DNA of 55,711 bases from an uncultured Ectothiorhodospiraceae bacterium. Its GTDB lineage: Bacteria > Pseudomonadota > Gammaproteobacteria > Nitrococcales > Halorhodospiraceae. The notes under the pieces were generated by a model. That model was not told the origin of the DNA. It saw nothing but the letters and a program-made list of their open reading frames with translations, and did no database searches. Below, piece by piece: positions 11,464-20,771 of the stretch. Each line of letters opens with the position of its first letter. Position 1 is the stretch's first letter. The translations under genes and the position numbers were made by a program. The stretch covers positions 1 to 55,711 of the forward strand of contig CAJXLI010000001.1 of the NCBI GenBank assembly GCA_913055575.1. Direction: 5' to 3'.

Positions 11464-12384
11464 GTGGAGCCCATCGACCACGCCCCGGAGGGGATCGACA
11501 CCCTGCGCGACATCGTCCGCTACGCCGCCAGCCGCTTCAACGAGGCCGGCCTGGTCTTCGGCCACGGCACGGACAACGCCATCGACGAGGCCGCCGCGCT
11601 GGCCCTGCACGCGCTCCACCTGCCGGCGGACCTGCCGGATCTCTACTGGGGCGCACGGCTCACCCGAGCAGAGCGCGACGCGGTCATGGCCCGGGTCCGG
11701 CGGCGCATCGAGGAGCGCCTGCCCTTGCCCTACATCACCCACGAGACCTACTTCGCGGGCCTGCCGTTCTACGTCGACCAGCGCGTGCTGGTGCCGCGCT
11801 CGCCGCTGGCGGAGCTCATCGAGCGCGGCTTCCAGCCCTGGCTCGACCCGGACAGCGTCGAGGCGGTGCTGGAGATCGGCACCGGCTCGGGGTGTATCGC
11901 CGTCGCCTGCGCCTACGCCTTCCCCGCCGCCGCCGTCGACGCCACGGACACCGATGCCGACGCCCTGGAGGTGGCCGCCGTCAACGTCCACCGCCACGAC
12001 CTCGAGGATCGCGTCGCCCTGCGTAACGCCGATGTCTACGAGGGCCTGCCGCCGCGGCGCTACCAGCTCATCGTTACCAACCCCCCCTACGTGGACGCCC
12101 ACGCCATGGCCGAGCTGCCGCCGGAGTACCGCCACGAGCCGCGCCACGCCCTGGCCGCCGGCGACGACGGCCTGGCGGTGGTGCGGCGCATCCTGCGCGG
12201 CGCCGGCGAGCACCTCGCCGAGGACGGCATCCTGGTGGTGGAGGTGGGCGACGCCGAGGACGCCGTCGCCGAGGCCTTCGGCCACCTGCCGCTGACCTGG
12301 CTGGCCCTGGAGCGGGGCGGCTTCGGGGTCTTCCTGCTCACCGGCGAGCAGCTCCACGAGGCCGCCGCCGAAGGCGCGCTATAG
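11464..12384 (+). CDS. prmB: 50S ribosomal protein L3 N5-glutamine methyltransferase
   Basis: FGHGTDNAIDEA, FYVDQRVLVPRSPLAELI, GTGSGCIA, NPPY, EYRHEP. Confidence 0.95.
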   Translation: MEPIDHAPEGIDTLRDIVRYAASRFNEAGLVFGHGTDNAIDEAAALALHALHLPADLPDLYWGARLTRAERDAVMARVRRRIEERLPLPYITHETYFAGLPFYVDQRVLVPRSPLAELIERGFQPWLDPDSVEAVLEIGTGSGCIAVACAYAFPAAAVDATDTDADALEVAAVNVHRHDLEDRVALRNADVYEGLPPRRYQLIVTNPPYVDAHAMAELPPEYRHEPRHALAAGDDGLAVVRRILRGAGEHLAEDGILVVEVGDAEDAVAEAFGHLPLTWLALERGGFGVFLLTGEQLHEAAAEGAL

Positions 12385-12411
12385 TCGGGACGAACGAGGA
12401 GGTAGCAGCGT

Positions 12412-13707
12412 ATGTACGCTCGTGCAGCACGGAGCCTGGCCGGGGTGGCGCTGGCGGCGCTGGTGGCGGCCGGCTGCGCCACCAACCCGGTCACCGGTGA
12501 CCGGGAGCTCCGCCTGGTCTCCGAGGACGAGGAGATCGCCCTCGGCGAGCGGCAGTACCAGCCCACGCTCCAGGCCATGGGCGGGCCCTACAACGCCGAG
12601 CCCGCGCTCAGCGAGTACGTCGCCGAGGTGGGGCAGCGTGTCGCCGCGGAGAGCGACCGGCCCGATCTACCCTACGAGTTCACCGTCCTCAACGACGGCA
12701 CGCCCAACGCCTGGGCGCTGCCCGGCGGCAAGATCGCCATCAACCGCGGCCTGCTCGTGGAGATGGACAACGAGGCGGAGCTCGCCGCCGTCATCGGCCA
12801 CGAGATCGTCCACGCCGCCGCCCGCCACAGCGCGCAGCGCCTCGAGCGCGGCATGCTCATGCAGGCCGGCGTCGCTGCCGTCGGCGTGGCCGCCAGCGAC
12901 AGCGAGCTCGCCGGGCTCCTCGTCGCCGGCACCGGGATCGGGCTGAACCTGATCAACAAGCGCTACTCCCGGGAGGCGGAGCTGGAGTCGGACCGCTACG
13001 GCACCCGCTACATGGCCGAGGCCGGCTACGACCCGCAGGCAGCGGTCACCCTGCAGGAGAAGTTCGTCCGCCTCGCCGGCGACAACAGCAGCAACTGGCT
13101 CGAGGGGCTCTTCGCCAGCCACCCGCCCTCCCAGGCGCGGGTCGAGGCCAACCGGGAGCTCGCCCGGAGGCTGCGCGCCGAGATGGACGCGAGCGCGTGG
13201 ACCCTGGGCGCCGAGCGCTACGCGCGGCGGACGGCGCCGCTGCGCGAGAACAGCGAGGCCTACGCCGACCACGAGGCGGGGCGGGAGGCGCTGCAGGCGG
13301 GCAACCCCGAGCAGGCCCTGAGCCTGGCCGAGCAGGCCATCGACGCCTATCCCGAGGAGGCCGCCTTCCACGCCCTGAAGGGCCAGGCCCTGGCCCGGAT
13401 GGGCGAGCCGGAGGCCGCCGTCGAGGCCCTGGATCGGGCCATCGCGCGCAATGACCGCACCTTCGCCTTCCACCTCGATCGCGGCCTGCTACGCAAGGAG
13501 CTCGGCCGCGACGACCGCGCCCGGTCTGACCTGCGGCGGGCCAACGAGCTGTTGCCCACCGCGCCCGCCCACTTCACCTTGGGGCAGCTGGCGGAGGCAG
13601 ACGGCGAGCGCGCCTCGGCGCTGCGGCACTACAGACGGGCCGCCGAGTCCGAGAGCGCCTACGGCGAGCGGGCGCAGGAGGCGCTCAGCCGCCTGCGCAG
13701 CGGCTAG
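12412..13707 (+). CDS. M48 family Zn metalloprotease lipoprotein with C-terminal TPR repeats (BepA/YfgC-like)
   Basis: Lipobox VAAGC-ATNPVTG, PNAWALPGG, HEIVH (HExxH), YSREAELESD, FASHPPS, helical repeats. Confidence 0.9.
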   Translation: MYARAARSLAGVALAALVAAGCATNPVTGDRELRLVSEDEEIALGERQYQPTLQAMGGPYNAEPALSEYVAEVGQRVAAESDRPDLPYEFTVLNDGTPNAWALPGGKIAINRGLLVEMDNEAELAAVIGHEIVHAAARHSAQRLERGMLMQAGVAAVGVAASDSELAGLLVAGTGIGLNLINKRYSREAELESDRYGTRYMAEAGYDPQAAVTLQEKFVRLAGDNSSNWLEGLFASHPPSQARVEANRELARRLRAEMDASAWTLGAERYARRTAPLRENSEAYADHEAGREALQAGNPEQALSLAEQAIDAYPEEAAFHALKGQALARMGEPEAAVEALDRAIARNDRTFAFHLDRGLLRKELGRDDRARSDLRRANELLPTAPAHFTLGQLAEADGERASALRHYRRAAESESAYGERAQEALSRLRSG

Positions 13708-13714
13708 CGGCGCG

Positions 13715-14164
13715 CTAGATCTGGAACTCCTCGTTGCCGCCGCGGACCTCGTTGATGAGGAACAGGATGTTCTCCTTCACCTCATCCTGGATACCGCGGT
13801 AGGTGTTCATGATCCGCTGCTCGTCGCCGCTGGCCGTGTGCGGATCGTCGATGGCCCAGTGGCGGTGCTCCGCGCCCTCGGGCAGGGCCGGGCAGCGCTC
13901 GCGGGCCTCGTCGGATAGGGTGATCACCAGGTCCACGTCCGCGAGCATGTCATCGGTGACCGCCTTCGGCGTCCGCTCGGAGATGTCCGTCCAGTCCTCG
14001 TTCATGACCTTGACCGCCCGCGCGTCGACCTCGGCGGCCGGCTCGACGCCCGCCGAGCGCCCCTCGATCAGGTGCGCCGCAAGGGTCTCGGCGAAGCCCT
14101 CGGCCATCTGCGAGCGGCAGGCGTTACCCGTGGACAGGAACAGTACGCGCTTTCTGTCACTCAT
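13715..14164 (-). CDS. ArsC/LMW-PTP-fold protein with degenerate active site
   Basis: LFLSTGNACRSQMAEG, SAGVE, DLVITLS...CP, HWAIDDP; thioredoxin-type ArsC pattern with Cys-to-Ser changes. Confidence 0.85.
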   Translation of the reverse strand: MSDRKRVLFLSTGNACRSQMAEGFAETLAAHLIEGRSAGVEPAAEVDARAVKVMNEDWTDISERTPKAVTDDMLADVDLVITLSDEARERCPALPEGAEHRHWAIDDPHTASGDEQRIMNTYRGIQDEVKENILFLINEVRGGNEEFQI

Positions 14165-14291
14165 GGAGGCTCTTCTTGTCGGTTGCCGTGCGTGTCCGCC
14201 GTAGTCTACGCCTCGAGCCGCCGGTTGGTCAGCCTGCGCCCGCCACCCCGGTGGCCTGTGGCCCCAGAACTCCTCAACGCCGCCTCTATCC

Positions 14292-14300
14292 TGCTATGCT
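14292..14300 (+). promoter_or_regulatory. Probable extended -10 element for hemH (near-leaderless transcript)
   Basis: TGcTATGCT 9 nt before ATG 14310; no SD visible. Confidence 0.4.
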
Positions 14301-14309
14301 CCGAGCCCT

Positions 14310-15428
14310 ATGAAACTCTACTCCGCCAAGAGCGCCTTCCAGCACCACGAGATGCCGTCGCTGGGCATCCTGGTAGCCAACCTCGGCACCCCGGAGGCCC
14401 CCACCGAGGGCGCCCTGCGGCGCTATCTCCACGAGTTCCTGTCGGACCCGCGCGTCATCGAGATCCCCAAGTGGCGCTGGTGGCCCATCCTCTACGGCAT
14501 CGTGCTGCGCACCCGGCCCAAGAAATCGGCGGCGGCCTACAGCGAGATCTGGCAGGAGGACGGCTCGCCGCTGCTGAGCATCGGCCAGCGCCAGGCCGCC
14601 GGCATCCGCGAGCGCCTCGAGGCCTCGGGCGCCGCAGGCCCCTTCACGGTGGAGCTGGGCATGCGCTACGGGCAGCCCTCCATCGCCACGGCCCTGCGCC
14701 GGCTACGCGAGGCCGGCGCGCGCCGGCTCCTGGTGCTGCCGCTCTACCCGCAGTACTCCGCCTCCACCACCGGCTCCACCTTCGACGCCGTGGCCCAGGA
14801 GCTGATGAACTGGCGCTGGGTGCCGGAGTTCCGCATGATCGGCGAGTACCACGACGACCCCGGCTACCTCGACGCCCTGGCGCAGTCCATCCGCGACCAC
14901 TGGGCGCGCCAGGGCCCGGGCGAGCGCCTGCTGTTCTCCTTCCACGGCGTCCCCGAGCGCTACGTCCTCGACGGTGACCCCTACTACTGCCAGTGCCACC
15001 GCACGGCCCGGCTGGTGGCCGAGCGCCTGGGGCTGGCCGACGGGAGCTGGGATGTGGTCTTCCAGTCCCGCTTCGGCAACGAGGAGTGGCTCAAGCCGTA
15101 CACCGACGAGACCGTCGCCCATCTGGCCCGGGAGGAGGGCGTCCGCTACCTGGACGTCATCTGCCCGGGCTTCGCCGCCGACTGCCTGGAGACGCTGGAG
15201 GAGATCGGCGGCGAGAACCGCGAGTACTTCGAGGCGGCCGGCGGCGAGCGCCTGTCCTACATCCCGGCGCTCAACGACCGCGCCGATCACCTGGACGCCC
15301 TGGCGCGGCTGGTCCTCCACCACGCCCAGGGCTACCCGGAGGCGGCCGCGAGCCGCGACTGGGAGCGCGACCGCCAGGAGCTGGCGGAGATCGCCGAGCG
15401 CGCCCAGCAGCTGGGCGCCGAGCAGTAG
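14310..15428 (+). CDS. hemH: Ferrochelatase
   Basis: NLGTP, FLSDPRV, GSPL, MRYGQP, LPLYPQYSASTT, FSFHGVP, FQSRFG..WLKPYT, GFAADCLETLEEI. Confidence 0.97.
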   Translation: MKLYSAKSAFQHHEMPSLGILVANLGTPEAPTEGALRRYLHEFLSDPRVIEIPKWRWWPILYGIVLRTRPKKSAAAYSEIWQEDGSPLLSIGQRQAAGIRERLEASGAAGPFTVELGMRYGQPSIATALRRLREAGARRLLVLPLYPQYSASTTGSTFDAVAQELMNWRWVPEFRMIGEYHDDPGYLDALAQSIRDHWARQGPGERLLFSFHGVPERYVLDGDPYYCQCHRTARLVAERLGLADGSWDVVFQSRFGNEEWLKPYTDETVAHLAREEGVRYLDVICPGFAADCLETLEEIGGENREYFEAAGGERLSYIPALNDRADHLDALARLVLHHAQGYPEAAASRDWERDRQELAEIAERAQQLGAEQ

Positions 15429-15457
15429 CGCCCGGAGCTTGCCGGGAGGAAGAGGCT

Positions 15458-15949
15458 ATGGGCCTCGTCGCTGACAGGAGCGGACGCATCGCCCGCGCCG
15501 TGGTGGGCGCGGGGCTGCTGTGGCTGATCCTCGCCGAGGGGGCGGCCGGCGGCCTGCTCGGCGTCGCCAGCGTCGCTGCCGCCGCGGCCGCTGCGGTGGC
15601 CCTCGCCACCCCCCGCCGCCGGGGCCGTCGGCCGCTGGCGGCGGCGCGCCTGGCCGCCTTCTTCCTGGCCCGCTCCCTGCTCGGCGCCCTGGACGTCGGC
15701 TACCGCGCCCTGCATCCGCGCATGCCCCTGCAGCCCGCCTGGCTGCACCACCCGCTGCGATTGCCCGGCGGCGAGCCGCGGGTGCTGCTGATCGCTGCGG
15801 TGAGCCTCATGCCCGGCGCCCTGGCCGTCGACCTGGACGGCGACACCCTCATCGTCCACGCCATCCTCCCCCAGGCCGGCGCGGAGCTGCAGGCCCTGGA
15901 GGCCCGCGTAGCGAGGGTCTACGGTACCGTGGCAGGAGCCGACTGCTGA
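15458..15949 (+). CDS. mrpE: Mrp/Mnh Na+/H+ antiporter subunit E
   Basis: ATG 15458 after GGGAGGAAGAGG; LLWLILA, SLLGALDV, SLMPGALAVD, LIVHAI, LEARVARV. Confidence 0.8.
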   Translation: MGLVADRSGRIARAVVGAGLLWLILAEGAAGGLLGVASVAAAAAAAVALATPRRRGRRPLAAARLAAFFLARSLLGALDVGYRALHPRMPLQPAWLHHPLRLPGGEPRVLLIAAVSLMPGALAVDLDGDTLIVHAILPQAGAELQALEARVARVYGTVAGADC

Positions 15950-15959
15950 GCCGCTGAAG

Positions 15960-16232
15960 GTGTACGCCGTGGAGACGCTGGATCTCGCCATCGCCCTGTT
16001 CCTCCTGCTCAACCTCCTCGCCGGGCTGGGGCGCGTCCACCACGGGCCCGGCGCCGCCGACCGGATGCTCGCCGCCATGCTCTTCGGCACGACCACCGTG
16101 GCGGTGCTCCTGCTCCTCGCCGAGGCCACGGCGCTACCCGCCCTGCGCGACGTGGCGCTGCTCGTCGTCCTCCTGGCCGCCGTCCTCGTCGTGGCCTTCA
16201 CGCGTACGCCGCGGCGTGAGGAGGAGCGATGA
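15960..16232 (+). CDS. mrpF: Mrp antiporter subunit F
   Basis: 3 TM helices, GPGAADRMLA, DVALL. Confidence 0.85.
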   Translation: MYAVETLDLAIALFLLLNLLAGLGRVHHGPGAADRMLAAMLFGTTTVAVLLLLAEATALPALRDVALLVVLLAAVLVVAFTRTPRREEER

Positions 16233-16534
16233 CCGTCGCCGAGTGGCTCAGCGTCGGGGCGCTGGCCCTCGGTGCGGCCTTCTTCTTTACCGGGACCGTG
16301 GGGCTGCTGCGCTTCCCGGGTACCTTCGCCCGCCTCCACGCCCTGACCAAGGCCGATAACCTCGGCCTCGGCTGCGTGGCCCTCGGCCTGGCGCTGCAGG
16401 CCGACTCGGCCTGGGTGGCCGCCAAGCTGGCCCTTGTCTGGGGAGTCGCCCTGGTGGCGGCCACCGTCTCGGCGCACCTGATCGCCCGCTACACCCTGCG
16501 CGAGCGCGGCGGGACGGGGAGGGCGCCGCCGTGA
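16229..16534 (+). CDS. mrpG: Mrp antiporter subunit G
   Basis: GLLRFPGTFARLHALTKADNLG, SAHLIAR. Confidence 0.88.
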   Translation: MTVAEWLSVGALALGAAFFFTGTVGLLRFPGTFARLHALTKADNLGLGCVALGLALQADSAWVAAKLALVWGVALVAATVSAHLIARYTLRERGGTGRAPP

Positions 16535-17487
16535 TCGACCGGGCCTTCGACCTGCTGCTCATCGGGGGCATGCTCGGCCTGGCCGTGCAGGTCGTCGCCA
16601 GCCGGGCGCTGTTCCGCAGCGTGGTGCTGTTCATCGCCCTGGGCCTGCTCATGGCGGTGGTCTGGGCCCGCCTCGCGGCCCCCGATCTGGCCCTGGCCGA
16701 GGCGGCCATCGGCGCCGGCCTGACCGGGGCGCTGCTGCTCGCGGCCTACCGCGCCCTGCAGCCGGCCGGGGAGGCCGGAGACGCGGAACCGGCGGCCCTG
16801 CCGCGCCGGTGGGCGCTGGTGGCGGCGGTGCTCAGCGGCGCCCTGGTCGCCGCCATCGGCTGGGCTGTCCTGGGGCTGGAGCCGCCGGCGGCCAGCGCCG
16901 GCCGCGAGGCCCTGGCTCGCCTCGGGGAGAGCGGCGTCAAGAGCCCGATTACCGCGGTACTGCTGAGCTTCCGCGCCGTCGACACCCTTGCCGAGGTGGT
17001 GGTGCTCTTCGCCGCCTTCCTCGGCGCCCGCGTCGTGGCGGAGCCGCTCGGGCGCGCCGGCCCGGGCCCCCGGCCGGACCCTGCCGGGGGCGAGCCGGTG
17101 CTCATGCCCCTCCTGCTCCGCGTCACCGTGCCGATGGGGGTCCTCGTCGCCGGCTACCTGCTCTGGTCCGGGGGCCACCAGCCCGGCGGCGCCTTCCAGG
17201 CCGGGGCGGTGCTCGCCGCCCTCGGCGTGCTCCTGCGCCTGACGGGCCGGCTACAGCCTGTTGCCGAGACCTCGCCCGCCGAGCGGCTCGCCCTGGTGGG
17301 CGGGATCGTGCTGTTCAGCGCCATCGGCCTGGCCGGGGCGGGGATGGCCTCGGCGGTGCTCGCCTACCCCGAGGGATGGGCCTATACGCTCATCCTGCTC
17401 ATCGAGACGGGCCTGACCCTCGCCATCGCGCTGCCGCTGACCCTGCTGTTCAGCGGCTCCGCCGGGCTGCGCTGGAGGGGGCGGTGA
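16531..17487 (+). CDS. mrpB: Mrp subunit B-like protein (DUF4040/MrpA-C-terminal segment fused to a MnhB domain)
   Basis: LAAPDLALAEAAIGAG, ITAVLLSFRAVDTLAE, GHQPGGAFQAG. Confidence 0.82.
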   Translation: MIDRAFDLLLIGGMLGLAVQVVASRALFRSVVLFIALGLLMAVVWARLAAPDLALAEAAIGAGLTGALLLAAYRALQPAGEAGDAEPAALPRRWALVAAVLSGALVAAIGWAVLGLEPPAASAGREALARLGESGVKSPITAVLLSFRAVDTLAEVVVLFAAFLGARVVAEPLGRAGPGPRPDPAGGEPVLMPLLLRVTVPMGVLVAGYLLWSGGHQPGGAFQAGAVLAALGVLLRLTGRLQPVAETSPAERLALVGGIVLFSAIGLAGAGMASAVLAYPEGWAYTLILLIETGLTLAIALPLTLLFSGSAGLRWRGR

Positions 17488-17786
17488 CCCAGGCGGGCCT
17501 CTATACGCTGGCCGCCAGCGCCCTGGCGGGGATCGGCGTCTACGGCCTGATCGTGCGGCGCCACCTGCTACGCCGCATCCTGGCGCTGAACCTGCTCGGC
17601 AACGCCGTCTTCCTGCTGCTGGTGGCCCTCGCCCGGCGCCACCCCGGCTACGTCGATCCCGTCCCCCACGCCATGGTCCTCACCGGCATCGTCGTCGCCG
17701 TCAGCGCCACCGCGCTCGCCCTGGTGCTGGCCCGGCGCTACTACGCCGAGACCGGCCTCCGCCACCTCCCCGAGGACGAGGGCTAG
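17484..17786 (+). CDS. mrpC: Mrp antiporter subunit C
   Basis: GTG overlapping the previous stop (GTGA); LLRRILALN, DPVPHAMVLTGIVV. Confidence 0.87.
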   Translation: MTQAGLYTLAASALAGIGVYGLIVRRHLLRRILALNLLGNAVFLLLVALARRHPGYVDPVPHAMVLTGIVVAVSATALALVLARRYYAETGLRHLPEDEG

Positions 17787-17790
17787 CGCC

Positions 17791-19269
17791 GTGGCGGCGG
17801 GCGGAGCGCTATCGCTGCCGCTGGCCTTCCTCCTCCCGCTGCTCACGGCCCTGGTGGTCTTCCTGCTCGGCGCTCGCCGGGCGCCGTGGCTGCCGGGCAT
17901 CGGCGCCCTGGCCACGGTAGCGGCCGTCGCCGACGCCGTGCGCCACGTCGCCGCCCACGGCCCGCAGGCCTACCACCTGGGCGGCTGGATGCCGCCGCTC
18001 GGGGTGGAGCTCTACGCCGACGGCCTGGCGGCGCTGATGCTCGCCATGACCGCGGCGGTAGGCCTGGCGGTGACCGCCTACGCCGGGCCCTATCTGCACG
18101 ACGGCCACCACCACCAGGAGGCCGAGCGGTTCTGGCCGCTATGGCTGGTGCAGTGGGCCGCCCTCAACGGCACCTTCCTGGCAGCCGACCTCTTCAACCT
18201 GTACATCATGCTGGAGCTGGTCACCCTCACGGCGGTGCCGCTGGTAGCCATCACCGGTGACCGGGCCTCCCTGGGCGCGGCCATGCGCTACCTGCTGCTG
18301 GCGCTGCTCGCCTCGCTGGCCTACCTGCTCGGCGTCGCCCTGCTCTACGGCGGCACCGGCACCCTGCACCTGCGCCAGGTAGGGGAGCTGGTCGGCGCCG
18401 GCGGCCCCGCGGCAGTGGCGGCGGCGCTCATCACCGCCGGGCTGCTCCTGAAGGGGGCGATCTTCCCGCTGCACACCTGGCTCGTGCCCGCCCACAGCAA
18501 CGCCCCGGCGCCGGCGAGCGCGGTGCTGTCGGCGCTGGTCGTCCAGGCGGGCGTCTACCTGGTGCTGCGGCTGTGGCTATGGACCTTCCCGGCGCTGCTC
18601 AGCCCCGCAGTGGGGTGGCTCCTCGGCGGCCTCGGGGCGGCGTCCGTGCTCTACGGCTCCCTGCAGGCGCTGCGCCAATCGCGGCTCAAGCCGGTGATCG
18701 CCTACTCCACCGTGGCGCAGCTCGGCTATCCCCTCCTCCTGCTGCCGCTGGCAGCCGTCCCCGCCGCTGCGGCCCAGGCCTGGCAGGGAGCGGCCTACTA
18801 CATCGTGGCCCACGGCCTGGCCAAGGCCGGCGCCTTCCTCGCCGCCGGCAATATCCGCTACAGCCTCGGCCACGACCGCCTGGCGGGGCTGCGCGGGATC
18901 GCGCCGGAGCTCTCGGTGAGCGTGCTCGCCCTGGGGCTGGCTTTCGTGAGCCTCATGGGCCTGCCGCCGACGGCCGGCTTCCTGGCCAAGTGGCAGCTGC
19001 TCAGCGGCGCCCTCGGCGGCGGGCAGTGGCCGTGGGCGGCCGTGATCGTGCTCGGCGGCCTGCTCGCCGCCGGCTACGGCCTCCGCGTCCTGGCAATGGC
19101 CCTTGCCGCGGCGCCGTCGGACGAGCCCGTACGCCGCCCACCGCAGCGCCTGCCCCGGCGCATGGTGGCCGTACCGCTACTGCTGGCGCTGGCGGTCTAC
19201 CTGCTCGGTGTCAGCGCGGTGCCGGCGCTGCGGCTGCTGGAGCAGGGTGCGCCGGAGGCGCTGGGATGA
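17791..19269 (+). CDS. mrpD: Mrp antiporter subunit D (NuoL/M/N family)
   Basis: LGGWMPPLGVELYADG, DLFNLYIMLEL, KGAIFPLHTWL, AYSTVAQLGY, HGLAKAGAF, GLPPTAGFLAKW. Confidence 0.88.
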   Translation: MAAGGALSLPLAFLLPLLTALVVFLLGARRAPWLPGIGALATVAAVADAVRHVAAHGPQAYHLGGWMPPLGVELYADGLAALMLAMTAAVGLAVTAYAGPYLHDGHHHQEAERFWPLWLVQWAALNGTFLAADLFNLYIMLELVTLTAVPLVAITGDRASLGAAMRYLLLALLASLAYLLGVALLYGGTGTLHLRQVGELVGAGGPAAVAAALITAGLLLKGAIFPLHTWLVPAHSNAPAPASAVLSALVVQAGVYLVLRLWLWTFPALLSPAVGWLLGGLGAASVLYGSLQALRQSRLKPVIAYSTVAQLGYPLLLLPLAAVPAAAAQAWQGAAYYIVAHGLAKAGAFLAAGNIRYSLGHDRLAGLRGIAPELSVSVLALGLAFVSLMGLPPTAGFLAKWQLLSGALGGGQWPWAAVIVLGGLLAAGYGLRVLAMALAAAPSDEPVRRPPQRLPRRMVAVPLLLALAVYLLGVSAVPALRLLEQGAPEALG

Positions 19270-20771
19270 TGGCTGCCGCCTACGGCCTGCTGCCGCTGGC
19301 GGCGCTGCTCACCGCGGTGGCCACAGCGGCCATCGTCTTCGCCCTCGGGGATGCCCGCCGCCGGCAGCGCACCTTCTGGAACCTGTTCGGCGCCGGCACC
19401 AAGCTGGCGCTGGTCCTGCTCATGGCCCACGGCGTCCTCCAGGGCCACACCCTCGAGGTGGCCTGGCCGGCGCTGCCTGGGGCCACCCTGCGCCTGGTGG
19501 CGGATCCGCTGGCGCTGCTCTTCGCCGTGCTCTCCTCGCTCCTGTGGCTGATCACCACCGTCTACGCCATCGCCTACCTGGAGGGCTCCGGGCAGCGGGC
19601 GCGCTTCTTCGGCTTCTTCTCGCTGTGCGTCGCCGCCACCTTCGGCGTCGCCCTGGCCGGCAATCCCTTCACCTTCTTCTGCTTCTACGAGCTGCTCACC
19701 CTGGCCACCTACCCGCTGGTGGTCCACCGCGGCCACTCGGCGGCGCTGGCCGCCGGGCGCACCTACCTGGGCTACACCCTCGGCGGCGGCGCCGCACTGC
19801 TCGCCGGTACGGCGGCGCTCTACGTGGCGGTGGGCGAGCAGCCCTTCACCCCGGGCGGCATGCCCGCCGTGGCCGAGTGGGCGGACCGGGCGCCGGTGGC
19901 GGCCACGGCGGTGCTGGCGCTGCTGCTCGGCGGCGTGGCGGTCAAGGCGGCGCTCTTCCCGCTGCAGGGCTGGCTGCCCGCGGCCATGGTGGCGCCGGCC
20001 CCCGTCAGCGCCCTGCTGCACGCCGTGGCGGTCGTCAAGGCCGGCGCCTTCGGCGTGGTGCGCATCATCGAGGATACCTACGGCTACGCCCTGGCTGCCG
20101 AGCTCCACGTCACCCCGGTGCTCTCGGCCCTGGCGGCGGTAACCATCGTCTACGGCTCCGTGCGCGCCCTGGCCCAGGCCGAGCTCAAGCGCCGCCTCGC
20201 CTTCTCCACGGTCAGCCAGGTCTCGTTCATCACCCTGGGGGTGGCCGCGGGCAGCCAGCTGGCGCTCATCGGCGGCCTGGCGCACCTTGTCCACCAGGGG
20301 CTGATGAAGATCACGCTGTTCTTCTGCGCCGGCAACTACGCCGAGACCCTGGGCGAGCACCGCATCGACGCCCTCAACGGCGCCGGCCGGCGCATGCCGG
20401 TGACCTCGGCTGCCTTCACCGTCGCCGCCCTGGGCATGATGGGCGCACCGCCCCTGGCCGGCTTTATCAGCAAGTGGTATCTAGGCATCGGCGCCCTGGC
20501 GCAGGGGCAGGGCTGGGTGATCGGCGTGCTGGTGGCCAGCACCCTGCTCAATGCCGCCTACTTCCTCCCCATCCTGCGCCGCCTCTGGCTCCTGCCCGCC
20601 ACGAGGGACTGGCCGGCGCGCGCCGGCCGGGCCGAGGCCCACCGCGGACTCCTCGACCCGGTGCTGCTTACCGCCACGGCGGTGCTGCTCGCCGGCCTGC
20701 TGGCGGCGACGCCGCTATCGCCGCTGGGCTGGGCGGCGCGCATCGTCGAGCAAGGCTATCCCGGCCTATGA
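19266..20771 (+). CDS. Second MrpD-family antiporter subunit
   Basis: ATG 19266 overlapping the previous stop; FYELLTLATYPLV, KAALFPLQGWLP, SALLHAVAVVKAG, LAFSTVSQ, GFISKW. Confidence 0.85.
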   Translation: MMAAAYGLLPLAALLTAVATAAIVFALGDARRRQRTFWNLFGAGTKLALVLLMAHGVLQGHTLEVAWPALPGATLRLVADPLALLFAVLSSLLWLITTVYAIAYLEGSGQRARFFGFFSLCVAATFGVALAGNPFTFFCFYELLTLATYPLVVHRGHSAALAAGRTYLGYTLGGGAALLAGTAALYVAVGEQPFTPGGMPAVAEWADRAPVAATAVLALLLGGVAVKAALFPLQGWLPAAMVAPAPVSALLHAVAVVKAGAFGVVRIIEDTYGYALAAELHVTPVLSALAAVTIVYGSVRALAQAELKRRLAFSTVSQVSFITLGVAAGSQLALIGGLAHLVHQGLMKITLFFCAGNYAETLGEHRIDALNGAGRRMPVTSAAFTVAALGMMGAPPLAGFISKWYLGIGALAQGQGWVIGVLVASTLLNAAYFLPILRRLWLLPATRDWPARAGRAEAHRGLLDPVLLTATAVLLAGLLAATPLSPLGWAARIVEQGYPGL

